Positions 17,482 through 24,866 of a stretch of 33,556 nucleotides of DNA are shown here, one piece after another. The translations under genes and the position numbers were made by a program. The notes under the pieces were generated by a model. That model was not told the origin of the DNA. It searched no databases and saw only the letters and a program-made list of their open reading frames with translations. The DNA is taken from assembly GCA_001819495.1 (NCBI GenBank), contig MHMW01000030.1, positions 1-33,556 on the forward strand, given 5' to 3'. The stretch comes from Candidatus Portnoybacteria bacterium RBG_19FT_COMBO_36_7 (GTDB lineage Bacteria > Patescibacteriota > Minisyncoccia > Portnoybacterales > GWB1-42-6). Numbering within the stretch: position 1 is the stretch's first letter; each line of letters begins with the position of its first letter.

Positions 17482-18210
17482 ATGAAAAAACTAAATATAA
17501 AGAAAATAGTAAAAGATAGATATAAAGAAATAGCAAAAAAGAGTTGCGGATGCGGATGCAGCAGCACTCCCTCTGTTTCAAAAAGTATTGGCTATTCAGA
17601 AAAGGAGCTGAAGATTGTCGGCAAGGCTAATCTGGGTTTGGGTTGCGGCAATCCTTTGGCTTTCGGGAAAATTAAGAAGGGTGAAACTGTTTTGGATTTA
17701 GGTTCGGGAGCAGGAATAGATGCAATTTTAGCAGCTAAAAGAGTCGGCAAGAAAGGAAAGGTTATTGGTGTTGATATGACAAATGAGATGATATTAAAGG
17801 CAAAAGAGAATGCGAAAAAACAAGGTATTAAAAATGTGAAATTGCTTTTGGGTGAAATAGAAAATCTGCCGCTTAAAGATAATTCGGTCGACACCATAAT
17901 CACCAATTGCGTAATAAATTTAACTCCCGATAAAACAAAGACATTTATTGAGGCATATAGAGTTTTGAAGCCAGGAGGTAGAATTTATCTTTCTGACATA
18001 GTTTTATTAAAAGAGTTATCAGAGGAACAAAGGAACAATAAAGAGTTAATATCTGGTTGTGTCGCTGGAGCTTTATTAAGAGATGATTATTTGAATAAAA
18101 TAAAAGCCGCTGGTTTTAAGGTACGGATTTTGTATGAGAACAAAAAAATCAGCAAAACGCAATATAATAATATTCCCCTGGAAAGCATAATGGTAGAATT
18201 AAAAAAATAA
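17482..18210 (+). CDS. arsM: Arsenite S-adenosylmethionine methyltransferase
   Basis: N-terminal Cys cluster, LGLGCGNP, VLDLGSGAGID, GVDMT.EM, NCVINL and GCVAGA motifs; ATG at 17482 preferred over TTG at 17464. Confidence 0.92.
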   Translation: MKKLNIKKIVKDRYKEIAKKSCGCGCSSTPSVSKSIGYSEKELKIVGKANLGLGCGNPLAFGKIKKGETVLDLGSGAGIDAILAAKRVGKKGKVIGVDMTNEMILKAKENAKKQGIKNVKLLLGEIENLPLKDNSVDTIITNCVINLTPDKTKTFIEAYRVLKPGGRIYLSDIVLLKELSEEQRNNKELISGCVAGALLRDDYLNKIKAAGFKVRILYENKKISKTQYNNIPLESIMVELKK

Positions 18211-18233
18211 ACTGAAAAATTTTATTGAATTCA

Positions 18234-18261
18234 AAAAACCTTGAATTTATTCAAGGTTTTT
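18234..18261. terminator. Intrinsic terminator
   Basis: AAAAACCTTGAAT-TT-ATTCAAGGTTTTT after arsM. Confidence 0.75.
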
Positions 18262-18462
18262 ATTTTTACTCTTTTAATTCTTCTATGGCAGAATTCAGCA
18301 TCTGGACGATGAGTTCAAAGTTCGACTATTAGAATTTAATATTATCACATCCATTAATACCCAAGCTAGCCGAAGAAAAGACGACAAATTTGACAGAGTT
18401 GCGCATTTGCTGTAAGTATAAAGAAAAATCAAATTTGTTATTTTATAAAGAGAGGAGGGGTT

Positions 18463-18948
18463 ATGAACGCTAAGGAAAGAAAAGCTCTTTTGTTGTTTCT
18501 TTTTTGGGCGAGACAGAACCACGGCTATGCCAGCGGTGTTAAAGGTACGAAATTGGCAAAGAGTGGCAGTGAGTTTAGATGCAGCTGTAAAAAATTTTCT
18601 TACCGGGACCAAGTTTGGTGCGAAGACCCTTTTATCGGCCAGGAGATGGTTAGCCACGATGATCAAGGTTGGATTTGGGGGATGAATTATTATGGCCGAA
18701 CGTTAAAGAGCAATCAGAAAGTTAAAAGAGATGCAATATTCGCATTTCTGAGATCCGCTTTAATGGAGTGCAACAAGAAGTGGCCACATCGGGGTCCTAA
18801 AATGGTCATCCAAGGAGTCTGGGTCTATGAAAATGAACGCGATATAATAGGCAGCCTCGATAATTTTTGCGGCACTGAAAAGATTTTTTACAAAGGCGTA
18901 CTAGTCTATCGGGGTGAATACCATGGAGGAATCATTAGCGGAGATTAG
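18463..18948 (+). CDS. DUF5680-like protein
   Basis: YRD......F.GQE.V.....W.MNYYG...F.G.E.I......VY...YHGG pattern recognised by eye; strong GAGGAGGGG SD. Confidence 0.75.
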   Translation: MNAKERKALLLFLFWARQNHGYASGVKGTKLAKSGSEFRCSCKKFSYRDQVWCEDPFIGQEMVSHDDQGWIWGMNYYGRTLKSNQKVKRDAIFAFLRSALMECNKKWPHRGPKMVIQGVWVYENERDIIGSLDNFCGTEKIFYKGVLVYRGEYHGGIISGD

Positions 18949-18972
18949 CAGTTTTATACCGATGAAACCAAC

Positions 18973-19004
18973 AGGCAGGGTAATAAAAAAACCCTGCTTT
19001 TTTA
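18973..19004. terminator. Intrinsic terminator between convergent genes
   Basis: GGCAGGGT / ACCCTGCT stem followed by a T tract. Confidence 0.7.
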
Positions 19005-20978
19005 TTTCTTCATTTCCTCAACCGCCTCATTCAGCATCTGAACGTAGAGGTTAAGTCCGACGGCGTTGATTGAGCCGGATTGTTCGCGGCCCAAAATATT
19101 TCCGGCGCCGCGGATTTCCAGGTCCCGCAGGGCGATCTGGTAGCCGGAACCAAGAGCTTCTGCTTCTTTGAGCGCGTCAAGACGCTGGCGGGCAATTTCG
19201 GTCAGATTTTTGGCGTTGTACAAAAAGTAAGCGTATGCCTGTCTGTCGGAACGGCCGATCCGGCCGCGCAGCTGATAACTTTGGGCCAGGCCAAGCTTTG
19301 TCGCGTAGGCCACTATTAGAGTATTGACGTTCGGGAAATCCAGGCCGTTCTCAATAATAGTTGTGGCGACCAAAATATCAATTTTGCCGGCGTCAAATTC
19401 ATCCATAACTTTCACTAATTGTTTTTCGTGCATGCGGCCGTGCACGGCGGCAATCCGGGCTTTGGGCGCCAATTTTTTGATCTGTTGCGCGGCCAGCTCA
19501 ATCGTATCAACGCGATTGTGCAGATAATAAATCTGCCCGCCTCTTTTTAATTCCTGTTCAATCGCTTGTTTGACGATTTTATAGGAATGCGGCTGAATGA
19601 ATGTTTTGACCGGCTGGCGGCCGGGCGGCGCGCTCTGAATCAAAGAAATATCGCGCAGGCCAGAAATTGCCAGATGCATTGTTCTTGGTATGGGCGTGGC
19701 GCTCAAGCTTAAGACATCAATCCCGGCGCGCCATTCTTTGAATTTGTCTTTTTGTTTGACGCCAAATCTCTGTTCTTCGTCGATTATCGCTAATCCCGGA
19801 TTGGCAAAATAAACATCTTTTTGGATAAGCCGGTGAGTGCCGATAATAATGTCAATTTTGCCTTCTTTTATTTGTCTGACTGTCTGGCCCTGCTGATTTT
19901 TTGATCCAAGGCGCGAAAGCAAAGCGATATTAACGGGAAATTTTTTGAGGCGTTCTGAAAAAGTATTAAAATGTTGATGGGCCAGAATCGTGGTTGGCGC
20001 GATCATTGCCACTTGTTTATTATCGGCTACTGCTTTGAAAGCCGCGCGCAGAGCCACTTCTGTTTTGCCAAAACCGACATCCCCGCAAATAAGCCTGTCC
20101 ATCGGTTTTTCCGATTCCATGTCATCCTTGACTTCCTGCAGAGCTCTTAGCTGATCGGGGGTTTCAATAAATTGAAAAGAATCTTCCAGTTCTTTTTGCA
20201 GGGCGTCGTCTGAGCCAAATGCAAATCCGCTGGACGATGCTCTTTTAGCGTAAAGCTCAAAAAGCTGGCGCGCCAATTCTATTGCGCCTTCCTTCGCTTT
20301 TCTTTTTGTTTTATACCAGAGCGTGCCGCCGAGCCGATGGACAATCGGCGTTTCAAAACCGATGTAGCGGGAAAGTTTGTTTTCCAGCTCAAGCGGAACA
20401 TAGAGACGGTCGGCTTTTGCGTACTCCAAAACAAAATATTTTTCAGGACTGTCGGGATTGGGCGGGCTGAAGGAAAGTTGGCCGCCCAGTTCATCTGCGT
20501 AGCCCCTGAAAATCCCGATACCGTGGTCAAGGTGGACCAGGTATTCGCCGGGTTTTAAATTGCTCAGAAGCAATTGGGGGGTTCGGCTTAGAAGCTCTTT
20601 TTTTATTTCTTTTTTGAGAACTTTTATTTCAAGCCCGTAGATTTCTGCGATTTTATTGCCTGAAAATTCCAGGCGGTATGCTGTTTTCTCGTTTATCGCA
20701 AATATATCCAAAATCCCGCCGCGGTGGGAAATTTCTCCTTTTGAGCCAAGAGTCTGGACCCGCTCGTAACCAAATTCAGTTAAGCGGCGTAATAGTTCAA
20801 AGAGATTTGTTTTCTGGTCTTTTTCAAGAAAGAGCGTATTTTCTTTCCACCAGACCTGCGATTTGGCGATTTTTTCTATCTTCTGTAAATTTTGTGAGAA
20901 CCACGAATAATCCCGCTCTAAAAAATAGGGGGTTAGGCTGGCAATTAGGATTTTTCCTTTCACTCTTGACAACTGCAT
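19002..20978 (-). CDS. mfd: Transcription-repair coupling factor, shortened (UvrB-homology remnant, RID, translocase; no C-terminal D7 domain)
   Basis: RGGILDIF, VHLDHGIG, ETPDQ, GDVGFGKTEV, DEEQRFG, SATPIPRT, QLRGRIGR and DLEIRGAGNILG; ends shortly after GLNLYVQML. True start may be GTG at 20963. Confidence 0.93.
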   Translation of the reverse strand: MQLSRVKGKILIASLTPYFLERDYSWFSQNLQKIEKIAKSQVWWKENTLFLEKDQKTNLFELLRRLTEFGYERVQTLGSKGEISHRGGILDIFAINEKTAYRLEFSGNKIAEIYGLEIKVLKKEIKKELLSRTPQLLLSNLKPGEYLVHLDHGIGIFRGYADELGGQLSFSPPNPDSPEKYFVLEYAKADRLYVPLELENKLSRYIGFETPIVHRLGGTLWYKTKRKAKEGAIELARQLFELYAKRASSSGFAFGSDDALQKELEDSFQFIETPDQLRALQEVKDDMESEKPMDRLICGDVGFGKTEVALRAAFKAVADNKQVAMIAPTTILAHQHFNTFSERLKKFPVNIALLSRLGSKNQQGQTVRQIKEGKIDIIIGTHRLIQKDVYFANPGLAIIDEEQRFGVKQKDKFKEWRAGIDVLSLSATPIPRTMHLAISGLRDISLIQSAPPGRQPVKTFIQPHSYKIVKQAIEQELKRGGQIYYLHNRVDTIELAAQQIKKLAPKARIAAVHGRMHEKQLVKVMDEFDAGKIDILVATTIIENGLDFPNVNTLIVAYATKLGLAQSYQLRGRIGRSDRQAYAYFLYNAKNLTEIARQRLDALKEAEALGSGYQIALRDLEIRGAGNILGREQSGSINAVGLNLYVQMLNEAVEEMKK

Positions 20979-20995
20979 CTGTGCTTATGTATGAT
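20966..20995 (+). promoter_or_regulatory. Sigma70-type promoter for the structured RNA and small genes
   Basis: TTGACA-18-TATGAT. Confidence 0.6.
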
Positions 20996-21020
20996 AGCGT
21001 ATTCTAAAGGAAGAAGTCAA

Positions 21021-21164
21021 AAATGCCGTCCAGCATCCTATCTGTGAGTGGCCAAAGCTAAGACAATCCCTCCTAACGTCTTGGCGAGTAGCCGAAGTAT
21101 CAGGGGTGTCCTGCATTTGCGGGATTATCCCTGACGCTCGCAGGTAGGATTTTGGACGGCATTT
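21021..21164 (+). ncRNA. Candidate structured ncRNA or leader (three-way junction), class unknown
   Basis: 12-bp plus 16-bp closing stem, two daughter hairpins, about 7 G-U pairs that work only on the plus strand, upstream promoter and downstream U-rich tract. Confidence 0.7.
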
Positions 21165-21215
21165 GTTTGTAAAAGTTATTTTCAAATTAAATATTGAATA
21201 CAAAAGGAGGAGAAT

Positions 21216-21410
21216 ATGTCTGATTTGATGGCAGGATTGGTATTTTTGGTCGGGGCGGCGGCAGTTTGGTTTATGCCGGCATTATCATTTATCAGCGTCA
21301 GAAGATCGTCGGTTTTATACGGCGTTTTAATGATTCAGGCAGCGGCGACGCTTATTTTTTTGGTTATCGGCATAACATTGGTTTGTTTATTTTCTGGAAC
21401 AAAAATATAA
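21216..21410 (+). CDS. Small two-TM membrane protein (64 aa)
   Basis: AAGGAGG SD; two hydrophobic segments separated by SVRRSS. Confidence 0.7.
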   Translation: MSDLMAGLVFLVGAAAVWFMPALSFISVRRSSVLYGVLMIQAAATLIFLVIGITLVCLFSGTKI

Positions 21411-21478
21411 AAAATGCAGGAGCAAAAAGAAAAAATTTAAAAAAAACCGCTTTAGCGAGGTCGAAAGGAGAAACGGCA

Positions 21479-21835
21479 ATGGCAAAAAAATTTAAGAAAT
21501 GTCAGGCAGACGGCTGTGGAAAGTTCTTGAATTCATACAACAAAATCGGTTTTTGTTCTTTACATATTGACGGGCCGGCAAAAAAGATTTTCGTTGCCTT
21601 TACTAAAGGCCGGCGATCCGAGGCATGCCTCTGCTGGTGGGGAGACAAGGAAAGCATTTTGAAAGATTATCGTTCCTGTATAGAGATTACGGTTACCGGC
21701 AGACATTATTTTTATTTGAAAAAAATGGCTGCTTTATTGGACCGCTTGGAACCGGTGCTTGGCAGTACTTTTCTTTCAGTAGATATTCCCGATATGCTTT
21801 TGAGGGCATTTAAAAGAAATCCCCAAAAAATTTAA
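21479..21835 (+). CDS. Hypothetical protein with putative N-terminal Zn-binding motif (118 aa)
   Basis: AAAGGAG SD before ATG 21479; C-x4-C...C-x2-H (CQADGC...CSLH); terminator follows. Confidence 0.7.
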   Translation: MAKKFKKCQADGCGKFLNSYNKIGFCSLHIDGPAKKIFVAFTKGRRSEACLCWWGDKESILKDYRSCIEITVTGRHYFYLKKMAALLDRLEPVLGSTFLSVDIPDMLLRAFKRNPQKI

Positions 21836-21845
21836 TCACCCAATC

Positions 21846-21878
21846 AAAAAGAGGTCTCCACAAGAAGACCTCTTTTTT
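21846..21878. terminator. Bidirectional intrinsic terminator
   Basis: AAAAAGAGGTCT / AGACCTCTTTTT. Confidence 0.8.
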
Positions 21879-21916
21879 CTTTGACTCAAAAATGTGCGAT
21901 AGCACAAAAATGTGAT

Positions 21917-22510
21917 TTAATTGAACTGATTCATCGCCTTGTCCGGGCCGTCTTTAAGCGCTGCTTCTATTGCCTGGCTGTTGCGCTGGATTGCTCCTTC
22001 AACCATTTTTATTTCTTCTTTGTCAAAATTTTTGAGGACAAATTTTTCTATGGATGATATTTTTTTGAAAAGAGCGGAAAAAAAAGTCCGGCCGATCGGG
22101 TGGATGCCCAGCCGAAATCTCAAAAAATCTTTTGTGCCCAGAGCCTCAATAATGGATTTAACTCCTTTGTGCCCGGCGGCCGAAGCGCTGTGATTTATTC
22201 TTATTAATCCGACAGGCAGGTCAAAGTCATCATGGATAACCCAGATATCGCACGCTTCTATTTTGTAAAAATTTACTAATTCTGCAACAGCCGAGCCTGA
22301 TAAATTCATAAAGCTTTGGGGTTTGACCAGAATTATCTGCTGGCCGGCTATTTCACCTTTTGAGACAAGAGCATTTGAATTTTTGTCCAGAGCCCAGCCG
22401 TCAAAACTTTTGAAAAATTCATGGATATGATCAAGCGCCAAAAAACCGTAGTTGTGGCGGGTCTTTTTATATTTTTCTCCGGGATTGCCGAGGCCGATGA
22501 TGAGTTTCAT
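21917..22510 (-). CDS. pth: Peptidyl-tRNA hydrolase
   Basis: LIIGLGNPG..Y..TRHN.GF, KPQSFMNLSG, HDDFDL and RFRLGI motifs. Confidence 0.97.
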   Translation of the reverse strand: MKLIIGLGNPGEKYKKTRHNYGFLALDHIHEFFKSFDGWALDKNSNALVSKGEIAGQQIILVKPQSFMNLSGSAVAELVNFYKIEACDIWVIHDDFDLPVGLIRINHSASAAGHKGVKSIIEALGTKDFLRFRLGIHPIGRTFFSALFKKISSIEKFVLKNFDKEEIKMVEGAIQRNSQAIEAALKDGPDKAMNQFN

Positions 22511-22525
22511 AAATTTTGGTTAACT

Positions 22526-22735
22526 TGTCTTTTATCAAAAGACACAAAGAGTTACTTTTTCCGCCGAGAAAAAGTAACCAAAAAGCTCTCGCCACGCTCC
22601 AAAATAGAGAAAATCGGATTCGCTCGGCTAAAATTGCCTCGTAAACTCGCACACCCCGCGCGGCGGGGGCTCGCTCGGCAATTTTTCAAACGCCTCGCTT
22701 ATCTCGATTTTCTGACTATTTCTCCGCTATGGCGA
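22526..22735. repeat. Multi-stem structured intergenic element (REP-like or RNA)
   Basis: Hairpins TGTCTTTT/AAAAGACA and GTTACTTTTT/AAAAAGTAAC, then a nested rod: TCGCCA/TGGCGA, AAATAG/CTATTT, AGAAAATCG/CGATTTTCT, AAAATTGCC/GGCAATTTT, CCCCGC/GCGGGG. Confidence 0.7.
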
Positions 22736-22749
22736 AAAATACGAATAGA

Positions 22750-23838
22750 TTATTGATTTTTTAAAATAAACTCCTGTATTTCAGAATAATTTTCAATCCC
22801 TGCCCTTGGTTTCAATATAGACGCAATTTGTTCGCCAATCAATAGGTTGTCGCCGCCAACAAGATGATTTTCTTCTTTGTCAATCACGATATTATTAATA
22901 TCCTCAGGGGAAATTTGTTTGGCTATCTGCCAGAGCGAAGGCAGCTCGGTCAGGGAAATATCGGTTTGGATGTTGCTCCAGAATTTTTCTGCAATTTTTA
23001 ATAAAGGTGGCAGGTCCGAAATAGGATTCAGCCCCATTATTTTCTGTTTGAGGGCTTCCAGAACTTGTTGCTGTCTTTGGATCCGGTCAAAATCACCCTG
23101 TGAAGAATGGCGCGTTCTCATGTATTTTGAGGCGGTTTCGCCGTCCAAATAGCGCCAGCCGGCTTTTATCTGGAAAGTTTCAAAGGAATGGTTCGGTCCG
23201 GGAAATTGCGGGTCGTAAATATCTTTGGCTACCCAGACATTGAGCCCGCCCAGTTCGTCTATTATCTTTTTGACAACAGACATGTCTATTAAAAAATGGT
23301 GGTCGATGTCTAGTCCGGTGATTTCTTCTATTTTTTGTCGGGCGAGCGAAATGCCAAAGTTTTTATCTTTTGCTGCTTTGCCAAAAACGTATAAAGTATT
23401 TATTTTGGTGTAGGTTTCGCTTTCGGGTATCTTGACCCAAAGGTCCCTGGGGATAGATATCAAATTTATTCTTAATGGGTCCTTTTTTATCTGGGCGATC
23501 AAAATTGTGTCGGTCAGATCCGGCGCGTCGTTGCCTTTGCCGGGCACGCCAAGAAGCAAAATATTTTTTGGTTCCTCAAAAGAAAAATAGGCGAACATGC
23601 TTTCTGGCAGAGTCATGGCGGCCTTGATCCGTTCTTTTGTCGCCTCAATGCTTTTGACGAGTTTCAATTCTTCTCCGGCCGGTGCATTATTTTTGAGCAG
23701 CCAGCCGGGCGCCAAAATGAAAGCGGCGGCCAGAGAAAGAAACGAAAAAAGCCATATCCAGGCTAATTTGGTTTTTCTTTTTTGCCCCCGGAGTTCACGC
23801 TCCAGCGCCTTATTTATCTGGCTAAAATGGTCACCCAT
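22750..23838 (-). CDS. LytR-CpsA-Psr (LCP) family protein
   Basis: N-terminal TM; NILLLG, TDTI, ISIPRDLWV, KIN, LGG..V, YMRTRH...DFDR..RQQ motifs. Confidence 0.93.
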   Translation of the reverse strand: MGDHFSQINKALERELRGQKRKTKLAWIWLFSFLSLAAAFILAPGWLLKNNAPAGEELKLVKSIEATKERIKAAMTLPESMFAYFSFEEPKNILLLGVPGKGNDAPDLTDTILIAQIKKDPLRINLISIPRDLWVKIPESETYTKINTLYVFGKAAKDKNFGISLARQKIEEITGLDIDHHFLIDMSVVKKIIDELGGLNVWVAKDIYDPQFPGPNHSFETFQIKAGWRYLDGETASKYMRTRHSSQGDFDRIQRQQQVLEALKQKIMGLNPISDLPPLLKIAEKFWSNIQTDISLTELPSLWQIAKQISPEDINNIVIDKEENHLVGGDNLLIGEQIASILKPRAGIENYSEIQEFILKNQ

Positions 23839-23918
23839 CCCGTTAGAGGCACGTCTTAAAAATTTAATTTATATGAATTCCGCTAAGAGGCGTCAATCAA
23901 TTCCGGTCTCTAACGGGA
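23838..23918. repeat. Element bounded by perfect 11-bp inverted repeats
   Basis: TCCCGTTAGAG ... CTCTAACGGGA with an inner ACGTCTTA/TAAGAGGCGT stem; the left arm abuts the LCP start codon. Confidence 0.75.
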
Positions 23919-23953
23919 CTCATTTTTTAATTATAGCATACATTAATATAAAA

Positions 23954-24121
23954 GGGCTTGTCAGGTAGTAGAATTTTGGCTGGCGCTTAAAGCGCCGATT
24001 AAAAACAATGCCAGAATTTCACTACCTGACTTGCGGGATAGTGAAAATTCGACATTTTTCTGTTCTTTTGATTGCCTTCGGCAATCAGTCGAATTTCTGC
24101 TACCCCGCTTGCAATAAGCCC
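23954..24121. other. Two-armed structured intergenic element
   Basis: GGGCTT/AAGCCC enclosing two similar long hairpins, each with a side loop and a small cap hairpin. Confidence 0.7.
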
Positions 24122-24173
24122 AAAAATGTTTTAATATATGTCATATATAATCTTTAACGTATATAAAACGTAT

Positions 24174-24722
24174 ATGAGAACATTTTTCGTCTTTGCCTGG
24201 GAAATATTCAAAATATTTGTTGTTTCATTGGCCATTATTATCCCCATCAGGTATTTTTTAATCCAGCCGTTTTTCGTTCAGGGCGCTTCCATGGAGCCGA
24301 ATTACGAAGACGGTCAGTATCTGATAATTGATGAGATTACTTATCGGTTCAGAGAGCCAGAACGCGGAGAAGTAATAGTTTTTAAATACCCTCAGAATCC
24401 GAGCGAGTTTTTTATCAAAAGAATAATCGGCCTGCCGGGCGAGACACTTAAAATTAGCGGCAGTCAGATTATTATTGAAAACGAATCAAATCCCGATGGT
24501 TTTATTTTGGATGAAAGTTCATATCTAAAAAACATCCCCAATATGGGGCAAGAAACTTTAATTTTGAAAAATGACGAATATTTCGTCCTGGGAGATAACC
24601 GCTCGGCCAGTTTTGATTCGCGGCGATGGGGTGCTTTGCCAAAGAGAGATATAATCGGGAAGGTTTGGATAAAGGCTTGGCCGATTTCTCAGGCGGGAAT
24701 CGCAGAAGCACCAGACTATTAA
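24174..24722 (+). CDS. lepB: Signal peptidase I
   Basis: GASMEPN (catalytic Ser), FIKRIIGLPG (catalytic Lys), LGDNR.AS.DSR; start trimmed to ATG at 24174. Confidence 0.96.
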   Translation: MRTFFVFAWEIFKIFVVSLAIIIPIRYFLIQPFFVQGASMEPNYEDGQYLIIDEITYRFREPERGEVIVFKYPQNPSEFFIKRIIGLPGETLKISGSQIIIENESNPDGFILDESSYLKNIPNMGQETLILKNDEYFVLGDNRSASFDSRRWGALPKRDIIGKVWIKAWPISQAGIAEAPDY

Positions 24723-24866
24723 TTTAAATATCAAATATCAGAATGTAAAATGATCCCGCCAAGCGGGATAAAATGTAAAATTTTTAATTTTGAACTGCTC
24801 GCCTCGCTGCGGCTTTGGTGAAGCGGGTCATTCCGATTTTTACATTTTACATTTTGCATTAATATC
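24723..24866. repeat. Heptamer-arm element with nested mini-palindrome
   Basis: AATGTAA-type left arm carrying ATCCCGCCAAGCGGGAT (24753-24769); TTTTACA TTTTACA TTTTGCA right arm. Confidence 0.7.

Noticed and set aside
21021-21164. 6S RNA, SRP RNA, 5S rRNA or hammerhead ribozyme as the identity of the Y-shaped RNA
   Set aside because: No symmetric central bubble (6S), no GGAA tetraloop with CAGG/AGCA helix-8 motif (SRP), no 5S loop C pattern, and no CUGAnGA plus GAAA core in the right junction positions. A covariance-model search is still needed.
20985-21203. 72-aa minus-strand ORF
   Set aside because: It is antisense to the structured RNA, whose G-U pairing pattern indicates constraint on the plus-strand RNA; no SD or motif.
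21266-21478. N-terminal extension making a 189-aa ORF
   Set aside because: It overlaps the SD-led 64-aa gene in another frame, and a clear SD precedes ATG 21479.
22165-22185. Pth AGHKG instead of GGHNG as a sign of inactivation
   Set aside because: The catalytic His and the other motifs are intact, and I recall this variant being common in related genomes, so it is not distinctive.
22421-22756. 111-aa plus-strand ORF
   Set aside because: It runs through the structured repeat and antisense into pth; its composition reflects the repeat.
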